From Ruditapes philippinarum (Eukaryota): DNA of 64,000 nucleotides. Made by a program: the position numbers and the translations under genes. The notes under the pieces were generated by a model. The model was not told the DNA's origin. It was given only the letters and a program-made list of their open reading frames with translations, and searched no databases. The stretch lies in assembly GCF_026571515.1 (NCBI RefSeq), contig NW_026863859.1, forward strand, positions 434,001 to 498,000, read 5' to 3'. Positions 1-13,639 of this stretch are shown here, one piece after another; position 1 is the stretch's first letter, and each line of letters starts with the position of its first letter.

Positions 1-1964
1 AAAACATTTGCATAAATCAGTAATCAGACTCTAAGACATTTCTGCAAAGTTTGCTTCTTCAATTGACCGATAAGGAAAATGACAAATGAGAAAGATAACC
101 AAATATATTTTATCTCCAGATGTTTGACAATCGATCTTTATTTGTTTTACTATGAATTATGAAACACTAATAGATATTACAATAACTGCAATAAATCATG
201 ATTGAAAATACTGTGATCTATATATTCGGTTGTCAATAAAAGTTATCTGGATATAACAAATAAAAAGACAAGAGAAGAGGAAGCACACTCTGAATTTCAG
301 TCTTTGATATCAATAAATTACTGTCATGTTGTTCAGCATTGTTCTTAACAATGTCATTAAGGAATGAGGTTAAGCATCTGCATGCTAGCAAATAAAATCA
401 CATTGTATGTTAATCCTCACTTATATACAATATGAAAATTCTGTAAGTAAGGTTCAGAAATATTCAATTCCTAAAGGAAGATATAAACGACATCTGCACT
501 TATAATGTCATGCAAGCATAGATCAAAAATTTAATCAGCCGAACGTGCCTAAAGGTTAATTACTCGGTATCTTTTATAATTTATCTTTGACACTTTCGTC
601 TTTGTTCAGTAACTTTAATCACTTGTTTCCCAGTACGTAGAAGAGATGTGTTGCATTGAATTATTTATGAGACATTTTTCATTTCGATTTACCATATGTG
701 CAATTCTACAACGGAAGGAAATACATAAACTTTAGAACTTTTATTTGCACTTTTGTTTTAAGACTGTTTAGGCTTAATGATAATTGTCAAAAGTGATACA
801 ATTTCAATATTTGAAAAAGTTTACATGTCTTAATTTTCTGAAACGAAGTCAAAATGAAGGGATTTTCAAAAAGCATATTTGATAATCTTTTAATTTTTTT
901 ATATAAAGAAAAGCTTCGATCAAGAAATGCATTGTCCTTGTGGAAATTTAAACGTAACAATAATAACTTACGCAAAGGTTTTGTGCAAGTGGGCTGAAGA
1001 AAGTGTAAGCACAATCACGTTAGGAGAAAAAAAATGTGTGCAATCTTTGTTAAAAATTAATTTTTTATTCAAATTCATGTAAAAATGATTAATGCCAGAA
1101 AAGCAACAAAATATCAAGAGCCATGTTAACATGGCCATTCCCCGCTGAATGTGTTTGCTCATTGGAAGAATGTATATGTAGTAGAGCAGTATCGTTCAAT
1201 TGTAAGATGTATTTTGGTAATGAAAACTGATGGCTGAAGTGATTACAAATTTGAAACCTATGTGAATACTGAAGGCTGAAAATAACAAAGGGCAGTAACT
1301 GAAAAATAATGCAGGGTAGAGTTATCATTCTTGTGTGCTGCACTCCTCCTCAATGAGATCTTTTCTAAAAGCAGTACAGCGAATCAAATTAACCATGTGT
1401 CATCAAGTAACTGAAGTTAACAACTGAAAATGGATAGAATCTAACGCGGATATATTTCATGGATACAAATTTTTGTTGTGAAATCTATGTCTGAATTTTA
1501 TTGACACTTTCAATTCCTTTATTTGCTAGGTCTAAGAACTGATATGTTAAGTAAATAGGATGTAATGACTGTCGCTGCACTCGACATCACATGGTAAAAT
1601 CAATCACGAAAAGTAATCAAACGACGATTTAAGAGAAATAAGTCTGAAACATGAGTTATGATCTATCAAAACAATATACTTTAATATCAAACACGACTGA
1701 TGACTTGAGTAGAGAAATACTTTTGAAACTGTAATGAAAAATTACTAAAAATTACATATACACACTTGTATATATAAATATATATATATTAAGTAATTGT
1801 CACATTTATCTATTTGGTCAGATGTTCTTAAGATTGTTTATTACATTAAATTATCTATTTAAATTGATTTTTTGAATGACTGTATGTTTTGCCTTAAACT
1901 TAAAAAAGCGAAGGAAATTTGAAACAAAAACAAATGTATCATATCGATGGATGAAAATATACTG

Positions 1965-2127
1965 CAGTAAACTCAACTTACGACGGTTTGCCTATAGTGA
2001 TATACGCTAATATCGATGCTGTTGTCGTTGTCTCAAACTGGTCGCCGCCTCTTTGGTATAAAGATATCCGGATATAACGATATAAGTTCGGCGGTCCTTT
2101 TAAAATCGTTATAAGCGTAGTTTACTG
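1965..2127. mobile_element. Tc1/pogo-type MITE (CAGTAAACT...AGTTTACTG) duplicated with the array; copies at ~6961-7100, ~9498-9657 and a fragment at ~32007-32080
   Basis: Terminal inverted repeats cagtaaactc/gtagtttactg, TA on the right flank, and the same position in all three array units. Confidence 0.7.
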
Positions 2128-3874
2128 TATATTCAAAGACGTAGACATTGTTATTTGATTTGATTCGATCAGTTATAGTTACCAGTTGTATATAATACAT
2201 TATATTACCTGTGTAAGTTATGCGTTTTATGATTTCCTTGTTTTAAGTCACTGAGTCATGGTAATGGTGATATGATGGTTTTCCGGCTTTACTGGTGGAT
2301 CAAGACATCCGGTACCAAACCTTCTATAATTTCAATCACAAAAATAACTCACAAATTGAATACAGTACTATGCAATTTCAATGAACAGCAAATTTTTATG
2401 CAAGGCCATGCCTTGTACACATATTAAGCGGCTAATTAAAACTAACTATTTGGGAGACACAAGTGATATTGTACATAAGATATGTTTCAGGAATTTAATA
2501 AAGGAATCAACAGTCATACAGTTTAATCTTTGTCTTGTCACAAACGTTTGGGTATGCTTCATATTTGTATGGTAATTAAGGTCAGTTGACTTTCAAACAC
2601 CTTTTGATAAATTATTGTTGAAACAACCTGATGCTTATGAAGCCGAAGATTTAAATAGGTTATATGATATACTGATTGAATTATGGTACATAGTCAAAAG
2701 ACAATAATTTTCAGGGCTTGTGTTTTTATTCTGTAAACTAAGTAAGATTTTTAAGAAACTGAATACAATGTAGTACATTTTATATACATGTTATTTTTCA
2801 CAATATTAGTACGCTAGTCTTTAGGGAAATATAATGCTTTTATTGGAAGCTAAATCTATTATAAACTAGATACCACGCAATCTACCACGATTAACAATTT
2901 TATGCAAGTTACGGAGAGGAGAGGGACTCAATTAACCGTCAAACACTTCTTAGCAGGTTTGTGATTTGTATCACGATCAGTGAATGGAACTGCTTGAGCG
3001 AAATGACGTGATCATTCATTAATTTTTGCAGGATCCAAAACCTGAGTTTTATATTTAAATTATCAAATGTACAACAACAAAACAAAAAAATAATTACATC
3101 TTAGCTTGCACATAATGATTCCATTTTCAGTCACTGCTTCTAAGAAAACAAAGGTATCTGGAGGAGGAATTATACAAAGATGTCGCAAAAGTAAGAAATG
3201 CAATAGTTTGCTTATTTTCCTTTGTTGAAACAAAGGGACTTTTATAAACCTTTCTTTTCAAAGGACAGTGAATGTTTGTAAGGAAATTATTTATTATATT
3301 TATACTTAGTTTTACCAATTATAAATATTTCAGAAATATATTTTATAATGCGAAAAAAATGAAGACAAAAAAAAAGATATTACGAACGTCTTTTGTATTT
3401 ATGTATTTATGAGAAATCAATAATGTTAATTGATTGCATAATATTCTCTATCAGACGTTTCTAGTAATCAAGTTATTAACTAGGAAGTTATATTAATGTT
3501 TCCGTGTATCCTTTGAAGACCTAGTACGTTATTACAATGCAATGTGCGCATCTAAGAAAGTAAGGTAATTTACCATAGATGTTTTAGTCATATAGTTCTT
3601 ATGATTTTATTTACAATCGCGGTTGGCAACTCTTGAATTCGTTTCAACAATGACATAATAATTATACGCGTTGTAAAGGTGTTGCACGAAGTTCTGAAGG
3701 TTATGTCAGATGTAAATTAAAAAGTTTAGTCTGTAATTGATTTATTTGTCCTTGCATGCATTACTAGCTTTTTCAAATTGTAAACCTTTCCTGGCGTTCC
3801 TTTAGTTTATTGGAAGCAAAGAACAATGCATATCTTCACAATTTTCACTTAGTTGTAGTACCAAGTCTTAAAAC

Positions 3875-4600
3875 TGACACATCTGCACTTATAATGCCTT
3901 TGGGAACATAGATCTTAAATTTGATTTACACAACTTGCCTGAAGGTTCATTGTATCTTTTACAATTATTCTTCACACTTTCTGTTGTGCTATAATGCATT
4001 TAATAATCTATATCTTATTCTGCCATAAATGCATTCCTACAAAAGAAATAAATACAGAAGTACACTGATTTCCAACGAGGTTTCGTTTTCCAACGATATA
4101 TCTATATCGTTCTGCTTTTCGCGATGGAACTGAAATATTCCAGAAATATCTAGCATTAAGCAGAAATAAATGAAGAAAACTATTATATCATGAATATTAA
4201 TGTTTGTTAGAATTAAAAGCATCAGATATAACTCTTTTTGTCCTACCGATCCAATTTCCGTTTACCACCGCATCAATAATTCAACCGGAAGTTATTTAAA
4301 CGTTTCCGCGAGTCAATTGAATACCCTGTACGTAATAATTGATTACAAAGCAATGTCCACGCCTATCAAACCCAAACTATATATCAGTAAGATAATTTAC
4401 CATAAGTGTTACTGCCATATAGTTTTTATTGTAAAATCATGGCTGGAATTAATTTGGTTTGTAGCAGTAATGACATATTAAATGATATCTGTTGTTGAGG
4501 CGCTGCACGAATGTCAAATATTAAAGATGAATTTAGTCTGTCAGTGATTGATAATTGCCATCATATGAATAACTAGCGTATGTCAAATTGGAGACGTTTG
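3875..4600. repeat. Older, more diverged copies of array sub-modules (catctgcacttataatg module; ccggaagttattt...ataactagcg module)
   Basis: Matches 491-600 and 3480-3780. Also aligns with 13640-14070. Confidence 0.75.
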
Positions 4601-7600
4601 TTTAAATGTATTAAAGGTGTTCCTTGTATCTTTTTCATCTTTTCACAAATTGTCATGGTATTTTGAAATTCCCTTAGGAATACAAATTCGACTGTAGAAA
4701 TTTAATTGAATTAAACTAATTACGCTAAACAAATTACAAAAATAATCAGGGCATATGTTAACAAAAATTTAATTTCAGGATCAATATCGAGAAATGGGAT
4801 TAGGTGTTGTATTTATAAGATTTTAATTATTTCACTGGTTGGTTATCTTGGAAAGCCGATTGATTAAAAAAACTTATGACGTAAAACCAGAAAGCCAAAC
4901 AAACAAGCAAAGCAAAGCAAAACACAAATTAAGTAATAGAAGAGAGCATCAAAACACAAGGGTATCTGATTTGTACGAGGCAGAGTAGGCTCTGTGTATA
5001 AATAAGATTGTCGGTTCTTTTAATTGTCTTATCAGTATCTGAATATGGTATGTCTATCGCTATCCCTTTCACTATCGTCACAATAAAACCCATAAAAAAG
5101 GAGCCAATCAATGAGTATGCTATATATATAATCGTTCAAGAGAATTTACATTCCTTTTGTTAAAATATAGTGTCCTTTCGTATGAGCTAAATATGATCAC
5201 ACTTTTAGACATTTCTGCAAAGTTTGCTTCTTCAATTGGTGGCCGGATAAGGTAAATGACAAATGAGGAAGATAACCAATTACATTTAATCTCCAGATGT
5301 TTGACAAGCAATCGTTTTCCTAAGAATTATGAAACACTTATAAATAGTTTACATTAACTGCAATAAATCATGATAGACAATACTGTACTCTATATATTAA
5401 GTTATCAATATAAGCTACCAGGATATTACAAATAAAAAGAAAAGACAAGAGGAATAACACTCTGAAATTCATTCTTTGATATCAATAAATTACTATCATA
5501 TTGGTTCAGCATTGTTCTTTACACTGTCATTTAGGACCGACGTACAGCATATGCATGCTAGCAAATAAAATCACATTGATAATCTTCACTTATATACAAT
5601 ATGAAAATTCTATAAGTCAGGTTTAAAAACATTCAATTCCTAAAGGAAGATATGAACGCCATCTGCACTTATAATGTCATTGCGAACATAGATCAAAAAA
5701 TTTAATCAACAAAACTTGCCTAAAGGTTAATTACTCGGTATCTTTTATAATTTATCTTTGACACTTTCTTCTGTGTTCAGTATCTTTAATCACTTGTTTC
5801 CCAGTACGTGCAAGAGATGAGTTGCATTGCATTATTTATGAGACATTTTTCATTTAGTAGTACCATATGTGCATTTCTACAACAGACGGAAATAAAAAAA
5901 AAAACATGTAGAACATTTATTTGCACTTTTGATTAATGACTGTTTAGGCTGAATGATAATTATCAAAAGTGATACAATTTCAATATTTTAAAAGGTTTAA
6001 AACTTATGCTTAACAAGCCTTGATTTTTCTAAAACGTAGTCGAAATGAAGGGATTTTATTATTAAATTACACATAAACTAAGATAAGCATATCTGATAAT
6101 CTTTTAACTTTTTATAACAGAAATATATATAGAAAAGTTTCGATCGAGATACGCATTGTCGTTGTCGAAGTTCAAACGTAATAATAATAATAATAATAAC
6201 TTACGCAAAGGTTTTGTGAAAGTGGGCTGTTTTACAGAGAAAGCTTGACTATCCTGTAAATATCTGTAAACAATGTTAAGCTTTTCTAAAAGCAGTACAG
6301 CGAATCAAATTAACAATGTTTCATCTATGTCCACTGCAAGTTCCTGAAGTAAACAACTGAAAATGGATAGAATATAACGTGATACATTTCATGTTTAAGG
6401 ATTGACGAATATAGATTTTTGTTGTGTTATCTATGTCTGAATTGTATTGACACTTTCAGTTCTTTTATTTGCTAGGTCTAAGAATTGATATGTTAGGTAA
6501 ATAGGATGATATTACCGTCGCTGCACTCGACATAACATGGTTACGTCAATCATTAAAATCAATCAAACCACTATTTTAGAGAAATATGTCTGAAACATGA
6601 TTTATGATATATCAAATATACTTTTATATCAAATGCGACTGATGACTTGAGTAGACAATTGCCTTTGAAATTGTAATGAAAATTTACCAAAAAAGACAAC
6701 TACACACTTGTATATATAATTACATATTAAGTAATTGTCATAATTATCTATTTGGTCAAATGTTCTTAAGATTGTTAATTTCCTAAAATTATCAATTTAA
6801 ATTGATTTTCATAATGAATAAATCAGCTGAACTCATGAACTATCTTAAACTATAATTATTAATGAAAAATTCTTAATGAATGTATGTCTTGCTTATAACT
6901 TAAAAAAGCGAAGGAAATTTGATTTAAAACAAATGTGTCATATCGGTGGATGAAAATATACTGTAAACTCCACTTACGACGACGGTTTGCCTAAAGCGAT
7001 ATACCGCTTATAACGATGCTGTTGTCGCGGTACCGGCTCTTCATTTCAAACTGGTCGGGTATAAAGATATCCGGATATAACGATATAAATTCGGCGGTCA
7101 CTGAGTGATGGTAATGGTGATATGATGACCTTCCGGCTTAAATGTCGGATCAAGACATCCGGCACCAAACCGTCTATCATTTCAATCACGAAAAATACGT
7201 CAAAAATGTATTCTATGCAATTTTTATGAACAGCAAATTTTTATGCAAGGCCATGCCTTGTACACATATTAAGCGGCTAATTAAAACGGCATTAACTATT
7301 TGGGACAGACAAACAATGTTCTACATAAGATATTTTACAGGAAATAGATAAAGGAATCATAACGTAATACATTTCACTGTTTGTTGCAAACAATGTTATA
7401 TGCTTTATATTTGTATGATAAAAGTCAGTTTAACTACAAACATCATTTTATCAATTATTTCAAGTGTTTAAACAACCAACCTGATGCTTTATGCAGCCGA
7501 CGATTTTAATCACATTATAATTTTATGTTATATGATTTACTGGTAAAATTATGGTACATAGTCAAGCAAAAATAATTTTAAGGGCTTGTGACTTTATTCT

Positions 7601-10600
7601 GTAAACTATGTAAGATTATTTAAGAAACTGACTACAATGTAGTACAATCAATATGCATGTTATTCTACACAATATTAGAACGCCAGTCTTTGGGGACATA
7701 TATTGCTTTAATAGGAAACTAAATCTATTGTAAACTAGCAATGCAAACCACGCAATCTACTACGATTAACAATTGTATGCAAATTAACGGAGAGGAGAGG
7801 GAGTCAATTAACCGACAAACACTTCTGGTCAGGTTTGTGATTCGAATCACCAGGGAAATCATTGATTTATTCTCAAAAATCCAAAAACTGCGTTTTATAT
7901 CTAATAGCATTTTATCTCTTTCGATGGGCCTATTTCAATCTGAGTTTGTCTTCGGCATAACTTTGAAACTGACTCTCCTTAACCAGGAAAACAATCAAAT
8001 CATAGCTTGCACTTACTAATTCCTATTCCAGTCCTTGCTTCTTAGGAAACAAAGATATCTGGAGAAAGAAATATGTAAAGATTTATGTTGGAATTATGCA
8101 AAAATATCGCAAAAGTAAGAAATGCAATAGTTTGCTTATTTTCCTTTGTTGAAACTAAGGGACTTTTATAAACCTTTCTCTGAAAAGGACTGTAAATGTT
8201 TGTAAGGATATAACTGTATTCCACTCTTAGTTATTCAAAATTTAAATATTTCAGAAATAACTCTTAACGCGAAATAAATGAAGAAACAAATGATATCACA
8301 AACGGCTCTGTGTGTATGAGAAATCAATATTATTAACAGATAGCATAATATTCTCTTTCAGACGTTTTGTACTGATTCATTTATTAACCAGGAAGTTATT
8401 TTAATGTTTCCGTGTCTCCATTGAAGACCTTGTACGTTATAACAAAGCAATGTCCGCGTCTTAGAAAGTAGATAATTTACCAGAGATGTTTTAGTCATAT
8501 AGTTATTCTATTTTTATTTACAATCGCGACTGGAAATGTTTGGACTCGTTTCAACAATGACATAATAATTATAAGCGTTGTATAGGTGTTGCACGAAATG
8601 TTCATGCTGATGTCAGATGTAAAGGCAGAAGTTTAGTCTGTAAGTGATTTACTTGTCGTTATGTGTATAACTAGCGTCTTTCAAATCGAAATCTTTGTAT
8701 AGAGTGTGTAACGTGTTGCGATGGAATGAGTTATGGAAAGATTGAAACACCTATTACAATTGTGAAAAATAACGTATATTTATATATAAATCAACACATC
8801 TTAGGTTAGTTTTGGAATATCGAAAAGGCTATACAACGTCGTATCATTTTAAGTATAATCAACTGCATTTCATGATCATTAAAATGTTCTTATTGTTCAA
8901 AGATGATATCCATGTTTCACTAATGTCCCATTGCAAGTAAATGAAGTAAACAACTGAAAACAGAAAGAATTTAAGGTGATACATTTCATGTTTAAGGATT
9001 GACGAATTTGTTATGTAATCTATGTCTGAAGTGTATTTACACTCTCTACTCTAATTATTTACTAGGTCTAAGAATTGATATGTTAAGTAAATAGCATGTT
9101 ATGACCGTCGCTGCACTCGACATATCATGGTTAAATCAATCATGAGAATCAATCAAACGACGATTTAACAGAAATAAATCTGAAAATGATGTCTAATTTA
9201 TTAAATACTATTTTATATATCATTTGCGACTGATGGCTGCAGTAGACAGTAACTTTTGAAATTGGAATGAAAATTAAAAAAAAAAAATACATTTGTTAAT
9301 GTTATAATTATCTATTTTACCATACATTCTTACGTTTAAATTGATTATTACCAACAATTATCTTTTTAAATTTGACTCATGATCTATCTGAAATTTTAAT
9401 GATTAATGAAAAAATGTTAATGAATGTATTTCTAGCCTAAAATTTTAAAAAGGCGAAGCAAATTTAATACAAAACAAATGTGTATCAAAATATACTGCAG
9501 TAAACTCCACTTACGACGGTTTTCCTATAGCGAAATACAGCTAATAATGTCGCTGTTGTCGCGGTCCCGACTCTTGTTTTCAAATGGTATAAAAATATCT
9601 GGATATAACGCTTTAAGTTCGGCGTTCCTCTGAAAATCGTGATGTGAATTTTTACTGTACATGTATATTGAAAGACGTTGACATGGTTATCAGTTACTAG
9701 TAGTTATAACAGCTATGATCAGCTGTATGAATTATTTTGTTAGATATATTTTCTCTTAATTCTTGTTTTAAGTCACTGGGACATTGTGATGATAATATGG
9801 TGACCTTCTTGCTTGACTGGTGGATGAAGACATCAGGCGTGCAACCGTATATCATTTCAATCACGAAAAATACGTCAAAAATGGATAGTATGCAATTTTA
9901 ATGAACAGCAAATTTTTATGCATGGTCATGCCTTGTACACATATTAGGCGGCTAATTAAAACTTTGTGCAAAAACTGTTTGGACAGACAAATGATGTTCT
10001 ACATAAGATATTTTACAGGAAATAGATAATGGAATAATAACGATATACACTGTTTGTTGCAAACAATTTTATTTGCTTTATATTTGTCAGTTTACCAACA
10101 GACATCATTTTTATAAATCATTTCAAGCGTTAAAGCAACCAATCTGATGCTTTAGGCAGCCAACGATTTTAATTACATTATAATTTTGTGTTATATGATT
10201 TACAAGTTAAATTATGGTACATAGTCAAAAAATAATTTTAAGGGCTTGTGACTGTATTCTGTAAACTATGTAAGATTTGTTAAGAAACTGACTACAATGT
10301 AGTACAATCTATATACATATTATTCTACACAATATTAGTACGTCAGTCTTTAGGGAATTACATTGCTTTTATTGGAAACTAAATATATTGTAAACTAGCT
10401 ACCACGCAATCTACAGGGATTAACAATTTTATGCAAGTTAACGGAGAGGAGAGGGAGTCAATTAACCGACAAACACTTCTTAGCAGGTTTGAGATTTATA
10501 TCACGATCAGGGAATGGAACTTCGTAAGAGAAATGTCGTGATAGTTCATTCATTTTTGCAGAATCCCAAAACTGCGTTTTATATCTTAATTGTCAAATGT

Positions 10601-12069
10601 TCAATATAGAAACTGTCAAACTATGATGGGACAGAAAGACGGTACTTTTGTGGGGGGGGGGGGGGGGGGAGAATAATGGAATTAATGTCAGCATTTAATC
10701 TTACAATGGGACATTTTTTAAGTCTGAATTTGTCTTGGGCATAACTTTGAAACTGACTTTCCTAAACCAGGGAAACAATTAAATCATAGCTTGTATTTAA
10801 TGGTTCCTTTTTCAGTCACTGCTTTTAAGGAAACAAAGTTATCTGGAGGAAGAAAAATATCAAGTTACATGTTTGAATTATACAAGAATATCCCAAAAGT
10901 AGGAAGTACAATAGTTTGCGTATTTCCCTTTGTTGAAAGATACTCTTATAACCCTTCCTTTCATTTTAAAATAACTGTCAATGTGTGTAAGGGAATAACT
11001 GTATACCTTCACTTGGTTATATCAAATTTGAATATTTCAGAAATATCTATCATTACGCGAAAAAACATGAAGACACAAATGATATCACTGACCGTTTTTG
11101 TATTTAGGAGAAATCAATAGTGTTAATTAATTGCATAGTATTCTCTATCAGACGTTTCTACTTATTCATTTATTAACCAATACGTTATTGTAATGTTTCT
11201 GTGTATCCATTGAAGACCAAGTACGTTAACACAAAGCAATTTCCGCGTCTATTAAAGTACGATAATTTACCAGAGATGTTTAAGTCATATAGTTATTCTA
11301 TTTTTATTTACAATCGCTGCTGGAAGTATTTGGAATCGTTTCAACAATGACATAATAATTATAAGCGTTGTATAGGTGTTGCACGAAATGTTCATGCTTA
11401 TGTCAGATGTAAAAGAAGAAGTTTAGTGTGTAAGTGATTTATCTGCCTTTATATGCATAACAAGCGTCTTTCAAATTGTAAACCTTTGTGTAGAGTATGT
11501 AACGTGCTGCGTTGGAATGAGTTATGGAAAAATACACGTATATCAATACACACACCAACAAATTTCAGACTAATTTTGGAATGTTAAAATGGAATACAAC
11601 ATCGAAACATTTTTACTTTACCTGATGATGAAAAGTTTTATGTGCATCAAGTGACAAATTTTAATAACAATGTTCCAATTTGAATCTTGTTCAATTTTAA
11701 TGACAAACCCGACATATGTTGATATTTTTCGACAATTAATGCATACCGAAAATCAGTTTTTCTCTGTTGCCCGTGATTGTCTGTTCTTCTCAAACATAAT
11801 AAACAAAATTGGTGTACGTTGCATAATTATTGATCCAATCAATGTAAAAAATTAATCAGAAAGAGGTAAAGGACAATGCAAGTTTATAAGATATTAATCG
11901 GTGCAATAATTCCTGTCAACAAATACATTTGGTATTATTATCTACAAATGATCCTACTTACTTAAATAATGAAATAGATAATTGATTGATTAAAGAAATA
12001 AAAAATAATAAATAAATAAATAATTGTAATATATTTCTTTCTTATATTATTTTTAAGAAAGGAAATAAT

Positions 12070-13130
12070 ATAATAATTGTTATATAACTTTTTAAATTCT
12101 TTGCAATATTATTTTACTAAAATATTTATAGTTTATTTATTATTGATTCGATAATTTATAATTCAGTTTTTTTTTGTTTTTGTGTCTTCAATATTCAATA
12201 TATTAATTTTATATGTATGGATGATTTCATTTTTATGGTGTTCTGTCACCTTTTGTTTGCAGATGAAGTTTGGTGCTTAAATACATTTTTATATCTCAAC
12301 TGAAATTCTTCAGACGGAACAGATCTCCAATCAATATGAAAATAGATGGTGAAATATGTTCTAAAAGTTTTTTCTTTTACTGAGAAGAACAGTTTTTTAT
12401 TGTGATTTGCACTATCGCAGAAATCGGTTAATATGTCTTTTTCTGCAGACGAAACAACAAACCTTATATAATAAACTATTGACATGTAGTTAGTATGCGC
12501 AAGCAAGCAATTGAAATATATCCACCGTTAACAAATTGTTCCGATATCAATTGATACAAGTTTATTTCAAGATTCAACATCGTAAATGCAGTTTATCAAT
12601 CTAATTGATATGGGAACTGTTTGTAAACGATGGACTTGTTTCAATCGCTTCCGCAATTTGGGGAAAGTTTGTATGATCCAGCGCGTGCTTTCTTCGTGTC
12701 ATTAGTTTATTAGAGATATGGTATGTTGATTTTGTGTCTGCAGGAAGAAATATTAACCAATTTCTGCGATAATATAAATCACTTTGAATAACTTTGTCTT
12801 CCTTGTCAGTTAAAGAATACCCATAGAAACTGAATCAATTATATATTCTACTATGTAATTTCGTATTGATGGGAATTTTGTTCTACTGAAGATATACAAA
12901 TGGATTTAAGCATCAAATTAAAACGAAAACGTGTTAGGACAACCTAAAAATAAAGAAAAAATCCATACAAAGTCATATCAAATCAATTTAGTGAATTTTA
13001 TATTTTGAGTTGACTAAAAAAAATAAAGAACTTAAAGAGTTATCAATCATCGAATCAATTTGAAATAAACTGTAAATTATTTTTTGTAAAATAATTTTGC
13101 AAAGAATTCGAAAGAATATAAAAAAAGTAT
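12070..13130. repeat. ~1.05 kb imperfect palindrome (foldback element) centred near 12578
   Basis: Arm pairs: atcgcagaaatcggttaatat (12414) with atattaaccaatttctgcgat (12750); ctgcagac..taataaactattgac with gtcattagtttatta..gtctgcag; ttctttgcaatattatttt (12097) with aaaataattttgcaaagaa (13088). Confidence 0.8.
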
Positions 13131-13639
13131 TCGTTTATATTTTGCAATTGCAATTGGCCTTTTAAAAGAGTGGAAACCTGAAAACAATTCAAATAAATTT
13201 CATGAAAACATACTAAACGATTTAAAGCAGCATATCTCCATGCTTATTTTTATGAAAGCTTTGAAAACGTATTTGAAAGAAAAATATTGTGAAAGAAAAT
13301 ATTTAACATATTGCAAAGGGCACTTTCAATCCCTATAAATTACCAAAAGGAGGTCAAAATATGCAACAAATATTTATTACATCGTTTGTCACTTCGAAGA
13401 AATATGGCGATAATACTGCACATAACATGTAAATCATTGCTTATAAGATTAAACAAAACAGTTAACTTGTTGGAATAATACAAGAGAGAAAATCGCAAGC
13501 AAGAGTACATTCTTTTGTTGTTCAAACAATGGGATATACGTCAATCCAGAACCTAGAATGAACGAGGAGGTCTGTAAGGGAATAAGTTTATTTTCAATTA
13601 ACATTCATTCTTTCTCTGGACAAACGAATTGCAACAATC

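Larger units (their letters stand above)
31..11600. repeat. Tandem segmental array of three diverged non-coding units: unit 1 ~31-3790, unit 2 ~5205-8830, unit 3 (lacks first module) ~8935-11600
   Basis: Collinear blocks recur, e.g. aatgaacagcaaatttttatgca..ccttgtacacatatt at ~2380/7225/9900, ggagaggagaggga at ~2913/7789/10443 and ggtgttgcacgaa at ~3678/8585/11375. Indels disrupt any long shared ORF. Boundaries are approximate. Confidence 0.9.

Noticed and set aside
416-1000. Minus-strand micro-exon-like segments (421-440, 972-993)
   Set aside because: Lengths of 20 and 22 nt are not frame-preserving, and the splice signals are degraded in the unit 2 copies.
3660-3740. Cys-containing frame RCKGVAR..VRCK..SLVC* shared by three array units
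   Set aside because: There is no start codon or clear acceptor, and the frame is broken in the older copies at ~4490 and ~13970.
31-11600. miRNA or snoRNA cluster interpretation of the array
   Set aside because: I saw no ~60-70 nt pre-miRNA hairpins or paired C/D boxes by eye, only short stems. A folding scan would be needed to exclude this fully.
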